NCBI RefSeq assembly: GCF_006345805.1
Contig: NC_042997.1
Span: 52,948,001 to 53,012,000 of the forward strand
Reading direction: 5' to 3'
DNA: 64,000 nt
Source: Octopus sinensis
Taxonomy: Eukaryota
Part shown: positions 1 through 11,940 of the stretch, one piece after another
Layout of the letters: each line of letters opens with the position of its first letter
Numbering within the stretch: position 1 is the first letter of the stretch
Made by a program: the position numbers and the translations under genes
The notes under the pieces: model-generated
The model's database searches: none
The model's input: the letters and a program-made list of their open reading frames with translations, nothing else
Told to the model about the DNA's origin: nothing

Positions 1-60
1 TAGTTGATTCCACCTCATTCTGTAAATTGTCTTTTCTCGTAGCACGTGCATATATAGTAT

Positions 61-479
61 TTCTTTCTTTACTACCCACAAGGGGCTAAACACAGAGAGG
101 ACAAACAAGGACAGACAAACGGATTAAGTCGATTATATCGACCCCAGGGCTTAACTGGTACTTATTTAATCGATCTCGAAAGGATGAAAGGCAAAGTCGA
201 CCTCGGCGGAATTTGAACTCAGAACGTAGCGGCAGGCGATATACCTATTTCTTTTTCTTTACTACCCACAAGGAGCTAAACACAGAGAGGACAAACAAGG
301 ACAGACAAAGGGATTAAGTCGATTACATCGACCCCAGGGCTTAACTGGTACTTATTTAATCGATCTCGAAAGGATGAAAGGCAAAGTCGACCTCGGCGGA
401 ATTTGAACTCACAACATAACGGCAGGCGATATACCGCTAAGCATTTCGCCCGGTGTGCTAACGTTTCTGCCAGCTCACC
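61..479 (-). mobile_element. tRNA-derived SINE family A, internally duplicated (190-bp module twice)
   Basis: Minus strand has an A-box-like GGTGAGCTGGCAGA and B-box-like GAGTTCAAATTCC. The module actacccacaag... repeats at 71 and 261. Many other copies in the window. Confidence 0.85.
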
Positions 480-944
480 GTATATATAATATTAATACCT
501 AAGTTTTCAACTTTGTTTACGAGTTCTTTAAGGCCAAATTTTGTTCACAAAATACCATGAAAAGCTAATAGTGGATGCTCAAAATATTTTTCAAATAAAT
601 TTACAAAACCTAGTTTTCTACCAGTCATATTGAACGTATCATCAGTTGTCACAGAAACTATTTCCGAAAGGTTAGTCCCTCGATTAGACAGTTTTTAAAA
701 CTACAGCCATACATATTTTAGTTCCCGTGGTAACGTTATCAAGTTAACCCGCTCTTTGCATATTCATCACCTCTACAAAACTGAGAAATAGTAGCTAATC
801 TGGAAAATGATGTAACATTGTTTCTTTCATCTAAATAAATAAAAAATAATTTACATCAAATATCTGTTAATTATTTGTAAGTCTTCTTACTCATTGGTAA
901 ATCCCTAATGCCCCAAATAATGTTTACCTTTTCTGCAAAAACAA

Positions 945-1100
945 GAGTGGCTGTGTGGTAAGTAGCTTGCTTACCAACCACATGGTTCCGGGTTCAGTCC
1001 CACTGCGTGGCATCTTGGGCAAGTGTCTTCTACTATAGCCTCGGGCCGACCAAAGCCTTGTGAGTGGATTTGTTAGACGGAAACTGAAAGAAGCCTGTCA
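945..1100 (+). mobile_element. tRNA-derived SINE family B (CORE-like body), 5' part
   Basis: GGCTGTGTGGTAAG head, GGGTTCAGTCCC B-box-like, CTTGGGCAAGTGTCTT CORE-like block. Same as 9620-9996 and 53130-53519. Confidence 0.8.
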
Positions 1101-1110
1101 TATATATATG

Positions 1111-1143
<33 letters not shown>

Positions 1144-1856
1144 ATATAAGTTTGTACTGACTGAAACAAATTTCATCAAAACATTGACTACATTCTTTTG
1201 TTGATGATTTCTCGAGAAATGTGTTTTATATATTTTCTTAATTACAAAAAAATGCTTATCTACCTTATCACAAAGCTAACTTGAACTGCTGCGTAATACT
1301 GCTTTACAGAAGAAGTCTTTCGGAGCACAAGTTTTATAATGCATTTTTTTTTATAACAAAGTTTTTACTCCTTATTCTTTGAAAAGTTCTGCTGCTGCTC
1401 TCTTCATCTGGATGTTTCCGTTCCTTTTGCTGGTTGAACTGACATTCTAACGAAGCTGAAAGGGATAAATAGACTTTAAAAATGTCTGACCGATAAATTC
1501 TAAAGTCTGGACAAATACGATTAGTCTTAAAGGCATCGCAGTGAGTTGATTTATCGTAAGTGCACATTCTAATATATATAGTTTTAAATCAGCAATTTGT
1601 GTAACTAATTAACGAGCTATCCAAGAAAAGTAATTCTCAAAACTACTTTGCTTGGACCATCAAGAGATCATAAATTTTATGATGTGTACAAACTTTAATA
1701 AATACCCAGTTTAGGAGAGATCCGGATATTACAATAATGCATAAAACATGCTAGTAATTAAGGCATACTTGCTAATTTACTCAGAAAAGTTTACTATTAT
1801 TTCACATTACTGTAATTTATTGTTCTTCAAAATGGCCACTCCCATGATATTGATTT

Positions 1857-2062
1857 TAAATTTTGGCACAAGGCCAGCAACTTTGGGGAAGGGGTTAAGT
1901 CAATTACATGGACCCCAGCGTTCAACTGGTACTTATTTTATCGACCCCGAAAGGATGAAAGGCCGAGCTGACCTCAGCGGAATTTGAACTCAGAACGTAA
2001 AGACGGACGGAATACCGCTAAAACTTTTGCCAAGCTGTGTAATAATATTTGCTCGCCGCCTT
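1857..2062 (-). mobile_element. SINE family A copy
   Basis: Shares ctggtacttattttatcgaccccgaaaggatgaaagg...gaatttgaactcagaacgt with 61-479. Confidence 0.8.
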
Positions 2063-2869
2063 AACTACTTCCATAATTTCTTGCATTTTGTATTACGGAC
2101 GAATCCTAACTATTATGTTCGTTGTTTCATGGACGTTGTTCACTTATATCAATTATATGTACAAATATAAATATAAACGATACAGGTTAATAAAATAAAT
2201 GGTAACTCAAATATTAGTGTGGCATTTCTTCTCTTCCCTGCTTAATATTGCGAAAGACCAATGAAGAATAAGTGTCTAAACTCCACACTAAAAGCTATTA
2301 TGTCTATCTAGAGAAAAACTGCACCATGCATTTGTTGCAATAATGATGTATATAAAGTATTATATAAGTTACTCGCAATTTTAAAGTATTTTTATTACTT
2401 CAGAATTATCGACAGATTACTAAACATTTACACAGCTCTTTCTTGTGTGTCTAGAATAAATATATAAATAATGAAAAGTTACTTTTATTTTGTAAATAAA
2501 TAAAAAGTATTTCTGTAACCGAGGGTGTTACAAAGCTTCTACAGGAGGAAAATTTTCCTCACTCTTCAACCAACACCCTCAAAAGCCATACGGGCAAATA
2601 AAAGAGTTTCCTAATTAGAGGGTCGCTTCCTAGCGATTTCTTTGATGACATAGCGTTAATCACAAGCAATACCAGAAAAAAAAGATCAAAGTAATGGATA
2701 TATCGCCTCTTTGACCAGATGATCACTTATTACTAATGAACGTCTTTTACTTTTTTTTTTTTGTTACCCCGCATTTGAAGTAGTGTATCACTAAGTCCAC
2801 GCATCCACATTGAGATGACAGCTGATAATTAAAGGTCGTGAATTTTATTTTTTTAATATATATATATAT

Positions 2870-3066
2870 GTTATCATGGCATTCGCCATGATAGATCGGT
2901 CGCCACTACACACATTTTTTTCTTCTTGTTTCTTTCTGCGTTCCTTTCTGTGGAAGAGCGTAGGCTCGAAACGTTAAAGGCTTTTCCAATTCCCGAGCGT
3001 TATACTAATACATATGTTTGTTTTCTACTCCACCTGTCTTTGTCTTTTGTTTTTTTGTGAATTCTC
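2870..3066 (+). mobile_element. Penelope-like-element-type 3' tail fragment
   Basis: gaagagcgtaggctcgaaacgt motif, related to 27035-27200 and 49470-49625. Confidence 0.55.
2943..2980 (+). ncRNA. Minimal type I hammerhead-like motif (core variant, A6 to U)
   Basis: ccttt CTGTGGA A GAGC gtag GCTC GAA ACGT T aaagg: 5-bp stem I, 4-bp stem II, palindromic ACGT stem III. Confidence 0.45.
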
Positions 3067-3429
3067 CCTATATATATATATAAACGGCAAAATGTATGTG
3101 TGTGTGTGTGTATCCTTTATACAAATCCACAATTTTTCAGTTAGAGGGCTCGCACTTTCTATGGTCATTCAAGACCGTCCAAGGGTGGTCTTTACATTTC
3201 CCCAGTCACCCCGCAAAGTCCTTAAAAAATCAATAGAAGTGACTTTTTTGTGAATTTTCTATCCAAAACACAATCAAAATGCCCGAAACTTGATACGCCA
3301 ATTGAATGCCAGCTAGCTGTATGTGAGAGGTCGGAGATCTGGACACTACTCGCGTGTATGTGCGCACGCACGCAGCTGTATATGCATGCACTAACACTAT
3401 AACCCGGCGTTGCCGGGTCATAGTGCTAG
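3065..3429 (+). mobile_element. Non-autonomous Helitron (about 360 bp)
   Basis: 5' tc..tatatatataaa..tgtgtgtg start like the 15.5-kb Helitrons. The 3' hairpin cccggc-gtt-gccggg is followed by CTAG|T at 3426-3430. The 5' boundary is approximate. Confidence 0.55.
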
Positions 3430-3819
3430 TCCGCAAATTTACTAACAAAAGAATATCCCCCCGTATGCCAAAGAAATGTTTTTGCTTGCCGTGTTGGATA
3501 CGTGTACCATAGGTTCGCAACCCTTGGCATCGGCCATGTATATTTATTCGTTCGAACTTATTGATTCACTTCGTTGTTATTCCGAGTTACTCGGATCTGT
3601 GTGTTCGTTCGGGCGACAGTGATACAAATTTGTTTTGAGATGAATGATTTGCGTCATTGCGACAAACGCAGAGTGGCAGTTTGTTCGACGAACTAGAACT
3701 CCATTTGTTCAATTACCGAAAGTACCGACTGAATGGATTGTAGTGTAAGTGGCTGAATATTCCAAAGTCACTTCTATATTTAATTTAATCTTCAAACAAA
3801 ATCGGTGTAATAATATCGG

Positions 3820-4035
3820 TTCCAAATTTTGGCACAAGCCAGCAATTTCAGGGGAAGGGCAAGTCGATTACATCGACATCAGTGCTCAACTGGTACTTAT
3901 TTTATCGACCCCGAAAGGATGAAAAGCAAAGTTGACCTGACTTCGGCGGAATTTGAACTCAGAACGTACAGACGGACGAAATGCCACTAAGCATTTTTGT
4001 CCGGCGTGCAAACGATTCTGCTAACTTGCCTCCTT
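3820..4035 (-). mobile_element. SINE family A copy
   Basis: Same body and head as other family A copies. Confidence 0.8.
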
Positions 4036-4125
4036 AATCGGCGATATAATATCAAACAGAACGCTTTTTACATTATTTACATTATTTACATTTGACGGAT
4101 ATTTGTCCTCATTTTGTTTGTTGTT

Positions 4126-4171
4126 AACACAACGTTTCGGCTGATATACCCTCTAGCCTTCGTCAGGTGCC
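4126..4171 (-). ncRNA. Minimal type I hammerhead ribozyme motif (dimer-dependent type)
   Basis: Minus strand: ggcac CTGACGA A GGCT agagggtatatc AGCC GAA ACGT T gtgtt. Intact CUGANGA/GAAA core, GUU cleavage triplet, palindromic stem III. Confidence 0.65.
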
Positions 4172-4231
4172 TTGGGGGGAAATTTCGAACCTGGGTTCTC
4201 ATTTCTAAGGTATTTTTCGATGTTATTATTA

Positions 4232-4266
<35 letters not shown>

Positions 4267-4422
4267 TCACTGCCTGGAATCGAACTCAGAATCTTGGGGG
4301 TTAAGAGCGTGGGCTACTAACCCCAAGATTCCGAGTTCGACTCCAGGCAGTGAACTAAACAACAACAACAACATCGAAAAATACCTTAGGAATGAGAACC
4401 CAGGGTTCGAAATTTCCTCCAA

Positions 4423-4458
4423 GACACCTGATGAAGGCATCAGCCGAAACATTGTGTT
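4423..4458 (+). ncRNA. Minimal hammerhead motif, stem III damaged (ACGT to ACAT)
   Basis: gacac CTGATGA A GGC atca GCC GAA ACAT T gtgtt. Confidence 0.55.
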
Positions 4459-4699
4459 AACAAACAAGACGAGGATAAATATCCGTCAAATGTAAATAAT
4501 GTAAATAATGTACATAATTCCTCATCTTTTAAATATAGAACTGAACTCTTTTAAACTACAGATACAGTTCATAGTTTCTGTTAACCAAATTTAAGTCAAT
4601 ACTAGAAAGTACTTGTGGAAGGTTTTGCACTGTGGAATTGATCCCGGAATGTTTTGGATCCTAATTGGCTATAGCCACAATAGAATGTGCCCATGTGCA

Positions 4700-4925
4700 T
4701 ACATACATACGCGCACGCACACGCACACACGCGCACACACACAAACACACACACACACATGCACACACAGAGAAAGTTTGATAGATTGCAAGAAGGTGTG
4801 TGCATATGCGTGCGTGTATGTGTACGTAGGTGTTTGTATGTATTAATGTATGTATGGAGTCCAGCATACACCAATACACACACATACACGTGTGTGTACA
4901 CGCACATACACACACACACACACAC

Positions 4926-5003
<78 letters not shown>

Positions 5004-5093
5004 CCTAACTCCTGAAATCTCGACAGGCTTATTACCTTTAAAGATATTCTGACGACAGCCAGTATATTTGACGCTAAAATCGGTTAACCACCT

Positions 5094-5137
<44 letters not shown>

Positions 5138-5190
5138 CTGTGTGTGCCTGTATGTGTGTAGGTGTGCGTGTGTGTGTGTGTACGTGTGTA
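4700..5190. repeat. Compound (CA)n/(TA)n/(TG)n microsatellite
   Basis: Direct reading. Confidence 0.9.
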
Positions 5191-5384
5191 TCCTAAGTCT
5201 CTTGCGCTTCCTCTTGACTCCAAATGGAAAGAACTCTTTAGAGGCGAAAACTAATTACCAGCAACATCTGTAAATGAAATGCAAGTTATTTTTTTTTATC
5301 ATTAAATGGTTGAAATTTTCCTGCAACGCTTTTAATATAATTGAGTGAATGGGTGTGGGAAAGAGAGGGGAATATATGTATGCG

Positions 5385-5468
5385 TGTGTGTGATTGATTG
5401 TATATATACATACATACATACATACATACATACATACATACATACATACAATACATACATACATACAT

Positions 5469-5519
<51 letters not shown>

Positions 5520-5528
5520 AACACACAG

Positions 5529-5618
<90 letters not shown>
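5385..5618. repeat. Compound (TACA)n(CA)n(TA)n(GA)n microsatellite
   Basis: Direct reading. Confidence 0.95.
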
Positions 5619-6835
5619 CATTTGCTAAGGTAAACATTTTTTTAAAAAAAAGACAAGGATTTGTTTTGCTCTTTCAAGAAGTATTTGTTGAAAATTAAAT
5701 GTGCGAGCGGAAAATTTCGTGTTCCATCTGCAATACCATTATCATAATACAGATTACAACACTCAATTGCGATTCTGTTCTGTGTTCAATTCTATCCTAA
5801 TGACAAATTAAAGTCCTATGGCATTTTGAAACTCAATAACATCTTTATTCGATATTCATTAATATTTTTATTTATCGGCCTTCAGTATTTTTTAATAAAA
5901 ACAATCATTAAAATGCTGATATTAATGAATTAAGATTTTATTTATTTATTATTTAGTTATTGATTTTTGTTTGTTTTTTTGCTTTGTGTACTTATTTGCA
6001 TATTTTAAATATAACGTGTTTACGCAGACAAACGGGAAATAAAGCAAGTGAAAAAAAATATGGTGTTGTGTGACTTGTACCTGCATCCATTTTTAATGCT
6101 TCGGTACATTCACCAATTATGCAAGCAGTCTTCCCTGTTTCTCAGGTCCTTTGTATATGCTACATTGTTATACATAGATTTCAAACAAATTGTTATTCTT
6201 TGAAGAAAAATTAGCTTCTAAAAATGTTCTAGTTGATAGCATGTTAAATATCGATTTCTCTTCTGTCGGTATAAAGACATTAAGGTATTATATTTTAAGG
6301 GAAATAAATAGAAAGTTATTATGTTCAACAGTGTGGTGAAATTACTACATCTGGAAAACTATGGTGCATGGAGCAAGGTATAGCTATGCAGTTAAAAATG
6401 TTCGCTTCGCAAGTACGTGGTTTCGGGTTCGACATCACTCACGGCACCTTGACTAAGTGTTTTCTCCTATAGCTTCCGAATGACAAAAGCATGTGAAAGA
6501 AATTTCGAAGCGCGACGAATGGAATGTTCCTGGCTTTGAGTGGTTGACTTAATCCATTGCTTGGTTTAACATCACCACCTAGCTATTTACTATTCGTTCG
6601 TTCGTTCTTTCCTTCAATCAGTATCGGAAACATTGAGAGGGGCCAGGACGATATTTTTTCATCAGTCATATTCTTTTAATTTTCTACAAATTTTTCAAAG
6701 ATATCAGTACAATTCTGAAGCAAAAGCACGAAAACAAACTATAAAGAAAACAAAAGATTGAAACACAAAGAGTTCATTTCTGGCCATGCGTATTACTTCC
6801 AAAAAGCAAAGTAATAAATATTAGTAGGCGCCGAA

Positions 6836-9030
6836 GTGTCTGGTCAACAACAAATTGAAAATTATATGCTTGCGAGTGAAACTGCTCATCATGAACCATT
6901 TAGAGTACATATAGAAACCATACCAAGAAGTGAACAGAAATACCTTCATGAAAAAGAGCACATTAATAACAAACGGTATGGATTTGATATTGGAAATTTA
7001 ATGCAAAACAGTGCTGAAAAACATTGAAAACTGTATGCGAAGACATATTCCCTTGCCTAAAACATTTCCAAGCGATAGTGAGCAATAATCTTTTTCATTT
7101 GATATTTTTGAACGCAAGAATTACAAGACTAGCTCTTGCGGAGTGTCAAAAAACAAGTTATATTTTATTTACTAAGTCATGCCTTTGAAAAAAGCACTTA
7201 ATGTTTGAGCTCTGAGAATAGAGACTAATAGTGTAAATTATGTGACGGAATTCCTGAGCGTGTGCCTCGTAACCAGCATAAATTGAATTATGGTATCATT
7301 GAGAGAGGCGGGGAGAGAGAAAGGAGGGAGGGAGAGGGAGAGAGAGAGAGAAGGACAGAGAGAGAGAGAGAGATTGAAAAAAGAATTCATTCAAACAAAT
7401 GCTTAAAACATTTTCTGCATAAACAAACTGTAGAAGAGGCGAACAGAATTATTTTTTGTTACAATAATTGATATTACCTTATTCTGGAGTGAAAGAGGAT
7501 TGGCGGCATTCCGTTGCACTCCTCATCTGACCAGTGATACTCACAATAATAGCTTCCTTGGTCTGGTTGAGCTTTTGTTTCATTGGGATCCCATGCTTGA
7601 AACCCATGTCAGGAAGGTCAAAGAAACCCAGGGAAAAGTAGCAAGATTGTAAACCCATTATTTGTCAGCTGAATCACAAAATCAATTCATTTCTCTTTAC
7701 TCCATTCTCTGAAAGATCAAAGGCAAAATACTATTCAATAATGGTTGATGTAACACCTGATTCTGCACATGTCAAACAGACAACAGCTATCATACGTTAT
7801 TCTTAAATGATAGATTGTGATTTCGAGATTTAGAGATTGCTATCTTTTGAAAACTGTTGTAAGAAAAGCGGTTCTAACGCTGCACACCCGATAAATCAAA
7901 CACTGAGTAAAAATAGCATTCTCTTCGAAGATTACAGGGGTCAATGGTACCAATATGACAGCCTGTGGAAGAGAATAGGTAGGATATTAATGAAAATCTT
8001 TTCGCTATTTTCTTATTATATCGATGCTATGCATTGAAATTCTGTGGCATGTTTTCAGTAGAGTACTGTACGGAAGCTGTTTCCTTTTGTTTTAAAACTA
8101 TTGAAATAGTCTATAATATCTTTTCCTGTACTCCAAAAAGGTAGCAAATTCTTACCATGCATAAGCTGTCAATCGTTGCATTGTGTGTCAGCTATCCAGT
8201 GACCATCTAGAATTGAGATGCGATATAATTTGCGCCAGATTTCTTTTGCATCAAATTTACCCTATATGATGTTCTAAAACTTAATTTGAAATCAAAGATC
8301 AGGAGCTATTAAAAAACATAAACTCGCTTTCATACACGTATTTATGATATTAATCATGTTTCAAACTCTGCTCTCTTCAACATCCGCGACATATAAGAGA
8401 TGTCGCCGTTGATACTGAAGTGTACAAAATTAAAATACTCATTAAAAATGTGTAGAAACTGCGAGATCAATTTAACCCTGTTGAGAAATTCAAAACATAT
8501 ACCTAGCAGATTGAAATTAAACTACAAGCAAATAAAAGAAAGGAAACCTATTTATGAGACCCAATCAAGTGGCGCAAGACAGACAACGAATCATTATTAT
8601 GAAAAATTTTTTTCAGGTCGTAGTTGGTTTTATCACGGCTGAACTAACAAGATTTCAAGCTCCAAAGGAAATTTCTGATACTTTTTCATTTCTCTGGCAG
8701 TCCTTTGTCTGTCTGGGAAAAATTTTTGACCCAAAATTGCGTTTTAATTTTAGAAATTTTCAATTTTAGTGAAAACAGTAAAGAACTTTCGAATGAACCA
8801 ACAGACATGAAAATTATGCTAAACTGTGGCGACTTTGGAGAACAACACATTAAATCCTTTGATATAATCAACAAAATAAATAACTACTAGTTGGAAAACA
8901 ATGTTCCAAATCTTTGGGCATCACTCCAAGTTTTTTTCACTTAAAGTCACAATCTATACCAGCAGCCTCAACAAAACATTCAGTAAACTTAAACTGACTC
9001 AAGGTTATCTAGTTACCTTAGCTTGAATGA
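6836..9030 (+). mobile_element. Degenerate hAT transposase remnant, ZMYM1/DUF4371 type
   Basis: Frame-shifted pieces: LFWSERGLAAFR...SFLGLVELLFHWDPMLETHV...HYLSAESQNQFI (7471-7690); AKYYSIMVDVTPDSAHVKQTTAIIRY (7720-7800); FENCCKKSG...EDYRGQ; and a C-terminal dimerisation-domain-like VPNLWASLQVFF..KTFSKLKL (8890-9010). A candidate terminal ccctg lies near 9280. Confidence 0.8.
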
Positions 9031-9619
9031 GCATAAAATTGTAATTTAGTTAAACTATTGATTTCGGACATATCATACTAAACTTTGCACCCCTCCCCTT
9101 CCCACCCAAAGAAAAAAAGGTATACAAGACTTTGCTGAAAAGGTGAAAATCTAGTTAGTCATTTTTATGATCTTTAGCAAAAAAATAGTTAATTAATACA
9201 CGCTTTTTTTTTTGCTTTAATAATAGGCGGGTAAGGCTCTAAAACAGTCTCGCCCTTGTATAAAATATTCTCTCACGTCCCTGGCAGTTCAATAATGTTG
9301 AATGCTCGTGTACTTAACATTGGAGCAACAGCTGTTTAAAGCTAAAGTTCGTAGCCTTTGATTTGTAGCTTTGGTTACATTATTAATACGTTGCCATTAT
9401 GAGGGATTATCAGAGATTGTAAGGTCGAGCGATAGTAAAGTTACTGAAAGTTTTAATTGTTAGTCACTCAGGAGTTAAAATTGCATTGTATTTGTAACAT
9501 AAACTTTTTTGGGTACGTTAACTTGTAAGCATACACGTATATCAAAGAACTTCATCTTTTATTCTCTCTTTTTTTAAAGGTTCGATTGCGCGTTATTTAT
9601 AAATATGCTAACAACATAA

Positions 9620-9996
9620 CTCTTTTACTCTTTTACTTGTTTCAGTCATTTGACTGTGCCATACTGAAGCACTGCCTTTAGTCGAGCAAACCGACTCCGG
9701 GACTTATTCTTTGTAAGCCTAGTACTTATTCTATCGTTCTTTTTGCCGAACCGCTAAGTTACGGGGACGTAAACACACCAGCATCGGTTGTCAAGCGATG
9801 TTTGGGGGAGGGGGAAAACACAGACACACAATCATATACACACGCACATACACATATATACATATATACGACGGGCTTCTTTCAGTTTCTGTCTACCAAA
9901 TTCACTCACAAGGTTTTGGTTGCCCAAAGTGCCACTCAGTGGGACTGAACCCGGAACCATGTGATTGGTAAGCAAGCTACTTACCACACAGCCACT
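9620..9996 (-). mobile_element. SINE family B, full-length, (GTAAAAGA)n-type tail
   Basis: Head at 9996, CORE-like block partly deleted, central (CA/TA)n, 3' stem-loop cagtc-aaat-gactg. Confidence 0.85.
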
Positions 9997-11696
9997 TGTG
10001 CTTTTTTTTCCTCAGGCAACTACTTCAAGTAAATATTTTGATTCTTTATATTTACTCACTTTCAGTACAAAACAGAAACTATATGTACGTGTACATAATT
10101 GCCCACGCGTTTGTGTAAAATTGAAGAGAATATGAATTTCAGTTTAACACTGATACCAAAATGCAAGCAATAGGGACAAAACTAAAAAATTTCATCAATA
10201 AAGACTTGATGTGAAAATATAAGGACCAATGCCTTATAAGTTTTAGACTTTAATAAAATATTGTACTACAGGGTCGATCTGAAATTCAATATATCTTCAG
10301 TAAGTGTTTAGTGTATCACAAACAGTTATTTCGTAAGGTTAGTAACTAGTCTCTGCTCAATACAATTGTTTGACATTTGGCTGTCACATGTCACATGTCA
10401 ATTACGTCACATTGAGTTTTACTTTGCTGGTAGAGAGGTTCAATAGAACTAGGGAACTATCTACATAAAAAGAGGAAAAACGAAATTGTACGTATCATAT
10501 AGTTTTGCTTTGCCAATATAAAGGTTCAAATAAGATAGATAGCTATTTCCATAAAAAGAAAAACTAAATAGTAGCAATATAATAGTAATAACTATGATGA
10601 TTTCTCCCATTTGCATAAGGCAATACATTTTGAAAAGAAGTATAGTCGATTTAAATGTTCGTAATACATTAATCTTGAATGATGAAATTATAAGTTGGCT
10701 TTGGCAAGATATAAAAACAGAACTTGAAGAGATGTAATTGATTATAGCAGAGTATTTTATCCAGAACTCTCACGTTTCTCTCTTCCACTGCCAATTCGAT
10801 GATGATGACGACGACGACGACGACAACGACGACGACGGTTTCTAAATTAGGTAAGGTTTACACATTTTGGACGTAGGTATTGCCGCTTATGTCGATACTT
10901 AATATAAAGTTTTGTCAAATTCGGTAGTATTTCAGCTAAAAACATAAAGGGGTGTAACTAAATATAGTAATTCATTTTCCGGCATTGTACTGATCTGTCA
11001 TCCAGCAATAACAAAGTACTAATAGACATCGCATACACATTACGTAATGTCATAAAATATAATGATATAAAACCGAAACAAAACACTGCCGGAACCCAAG
11101 GGACACAGAACTGCACTCGATTATGATGGTTGATCGTATTTAAATGTCTCTGCTGTTACCGATAAGAAGGAAGACAGTGGATATGAACAGTGCTAATTTA
11201 AGGCGGTTGTTTTGGAGCCCGGCTTCTACGATATTGGTGCAGGGTTGGAACCGTTGTATTGCTGTGTCTGGACAGTGATGAGATGCTGCGTGATATCATC
11301 AAAATATAAGGGTGTGGTTCTGAGAAATTGTGGGTCGCGTACTTATAAGTTGAAACTTAAGATTGAGAGAGCGTATCAGTACAACACTCAATTCGGAAAA
11401 TTACATGTTTTGGAAATGTTGTTCTTGTACACTACACAGGTTTGGTAATTTCACATGTAGTTTTCTTTCCAGCGTTTGAGTAATTACATAAGATGCTGTA
11501 ATATATCTTGTGAATATAAGGATCGCGAGGATTGGAGTTTAAAGCTCTGCTGGTGTCGATGGTATTTAGAACGGAGGTTTTTGGTGTTGAACCCATCATC
11601 TAACCTCTATATTAGATTTGTGAGTTCTGTAACGGTCTGAATCTGTGTTGTTATTTAGAGAGGAGGATTTGTAGTTAGTGATTGTCAATGACTTTC

Positions 11697-11940
11697 CGTC
11701 GTCACCATGTATCGTACTCCTGTTGAGCATTGATGACACTACAATGAAAGACTTCCCCATTAGGCATGAGCTCTCCAGCTGCTTTGCCACTTTTGTCCAA
11801 TCAGCTCTTGATATTGTCCATCCATTGTGTCTACCTCTTGATCTACTACTTTATCTGGCACTGCGGCTTTTGAGTTTTTAAATTTCCCGATTCAAGTGTC
11901 TGATGAATGAGCTGAAATAGAAAGAGTTTATTTTTTAAGT
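11697..11940 (-). mobile_element. Old RTE-like LINE 3' coding remnant
   Basis: Minus strand gives KNKLFLFQLIHQTLE...SRSRGR..WMDNIKS*LDKSGKAAGELM, resembling RTE-clade C-terminal RGR..W.D.IK motifs. Confidence 0.35.

Larger units (their letters stand above)
4069..4545. mobile_element. Foldback (444-bp palindrome 4069-4512) of a tRNA-headed element with a Penelope-type tail
   Basis: Left arm 4069-4303 is the reverse complement of right arm 4318-4512, with a 14-nt loop. The centre reads like a tRNA D-loop, anticodon arm and B-box (GAGTTCGACTCC at 4333-4344). Confidence 0.85.

Noticed and set aside
61-440. 190-bp direct repeats that superficially suggest a CRISPR-like or satellite array
   Set aside because: There are no unique spacers; the units are internal modules of a tRNA-derived SINE in a eukaryotic context.
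10381-11050. bZIP/TALE motif cluster (tgtcacatgtcacatgtcaattacgtca) and 14-bp palindrome acattacgtaatgt at 11037-11050
   Set aside because: Short motifs without independent support; plausible by chance.
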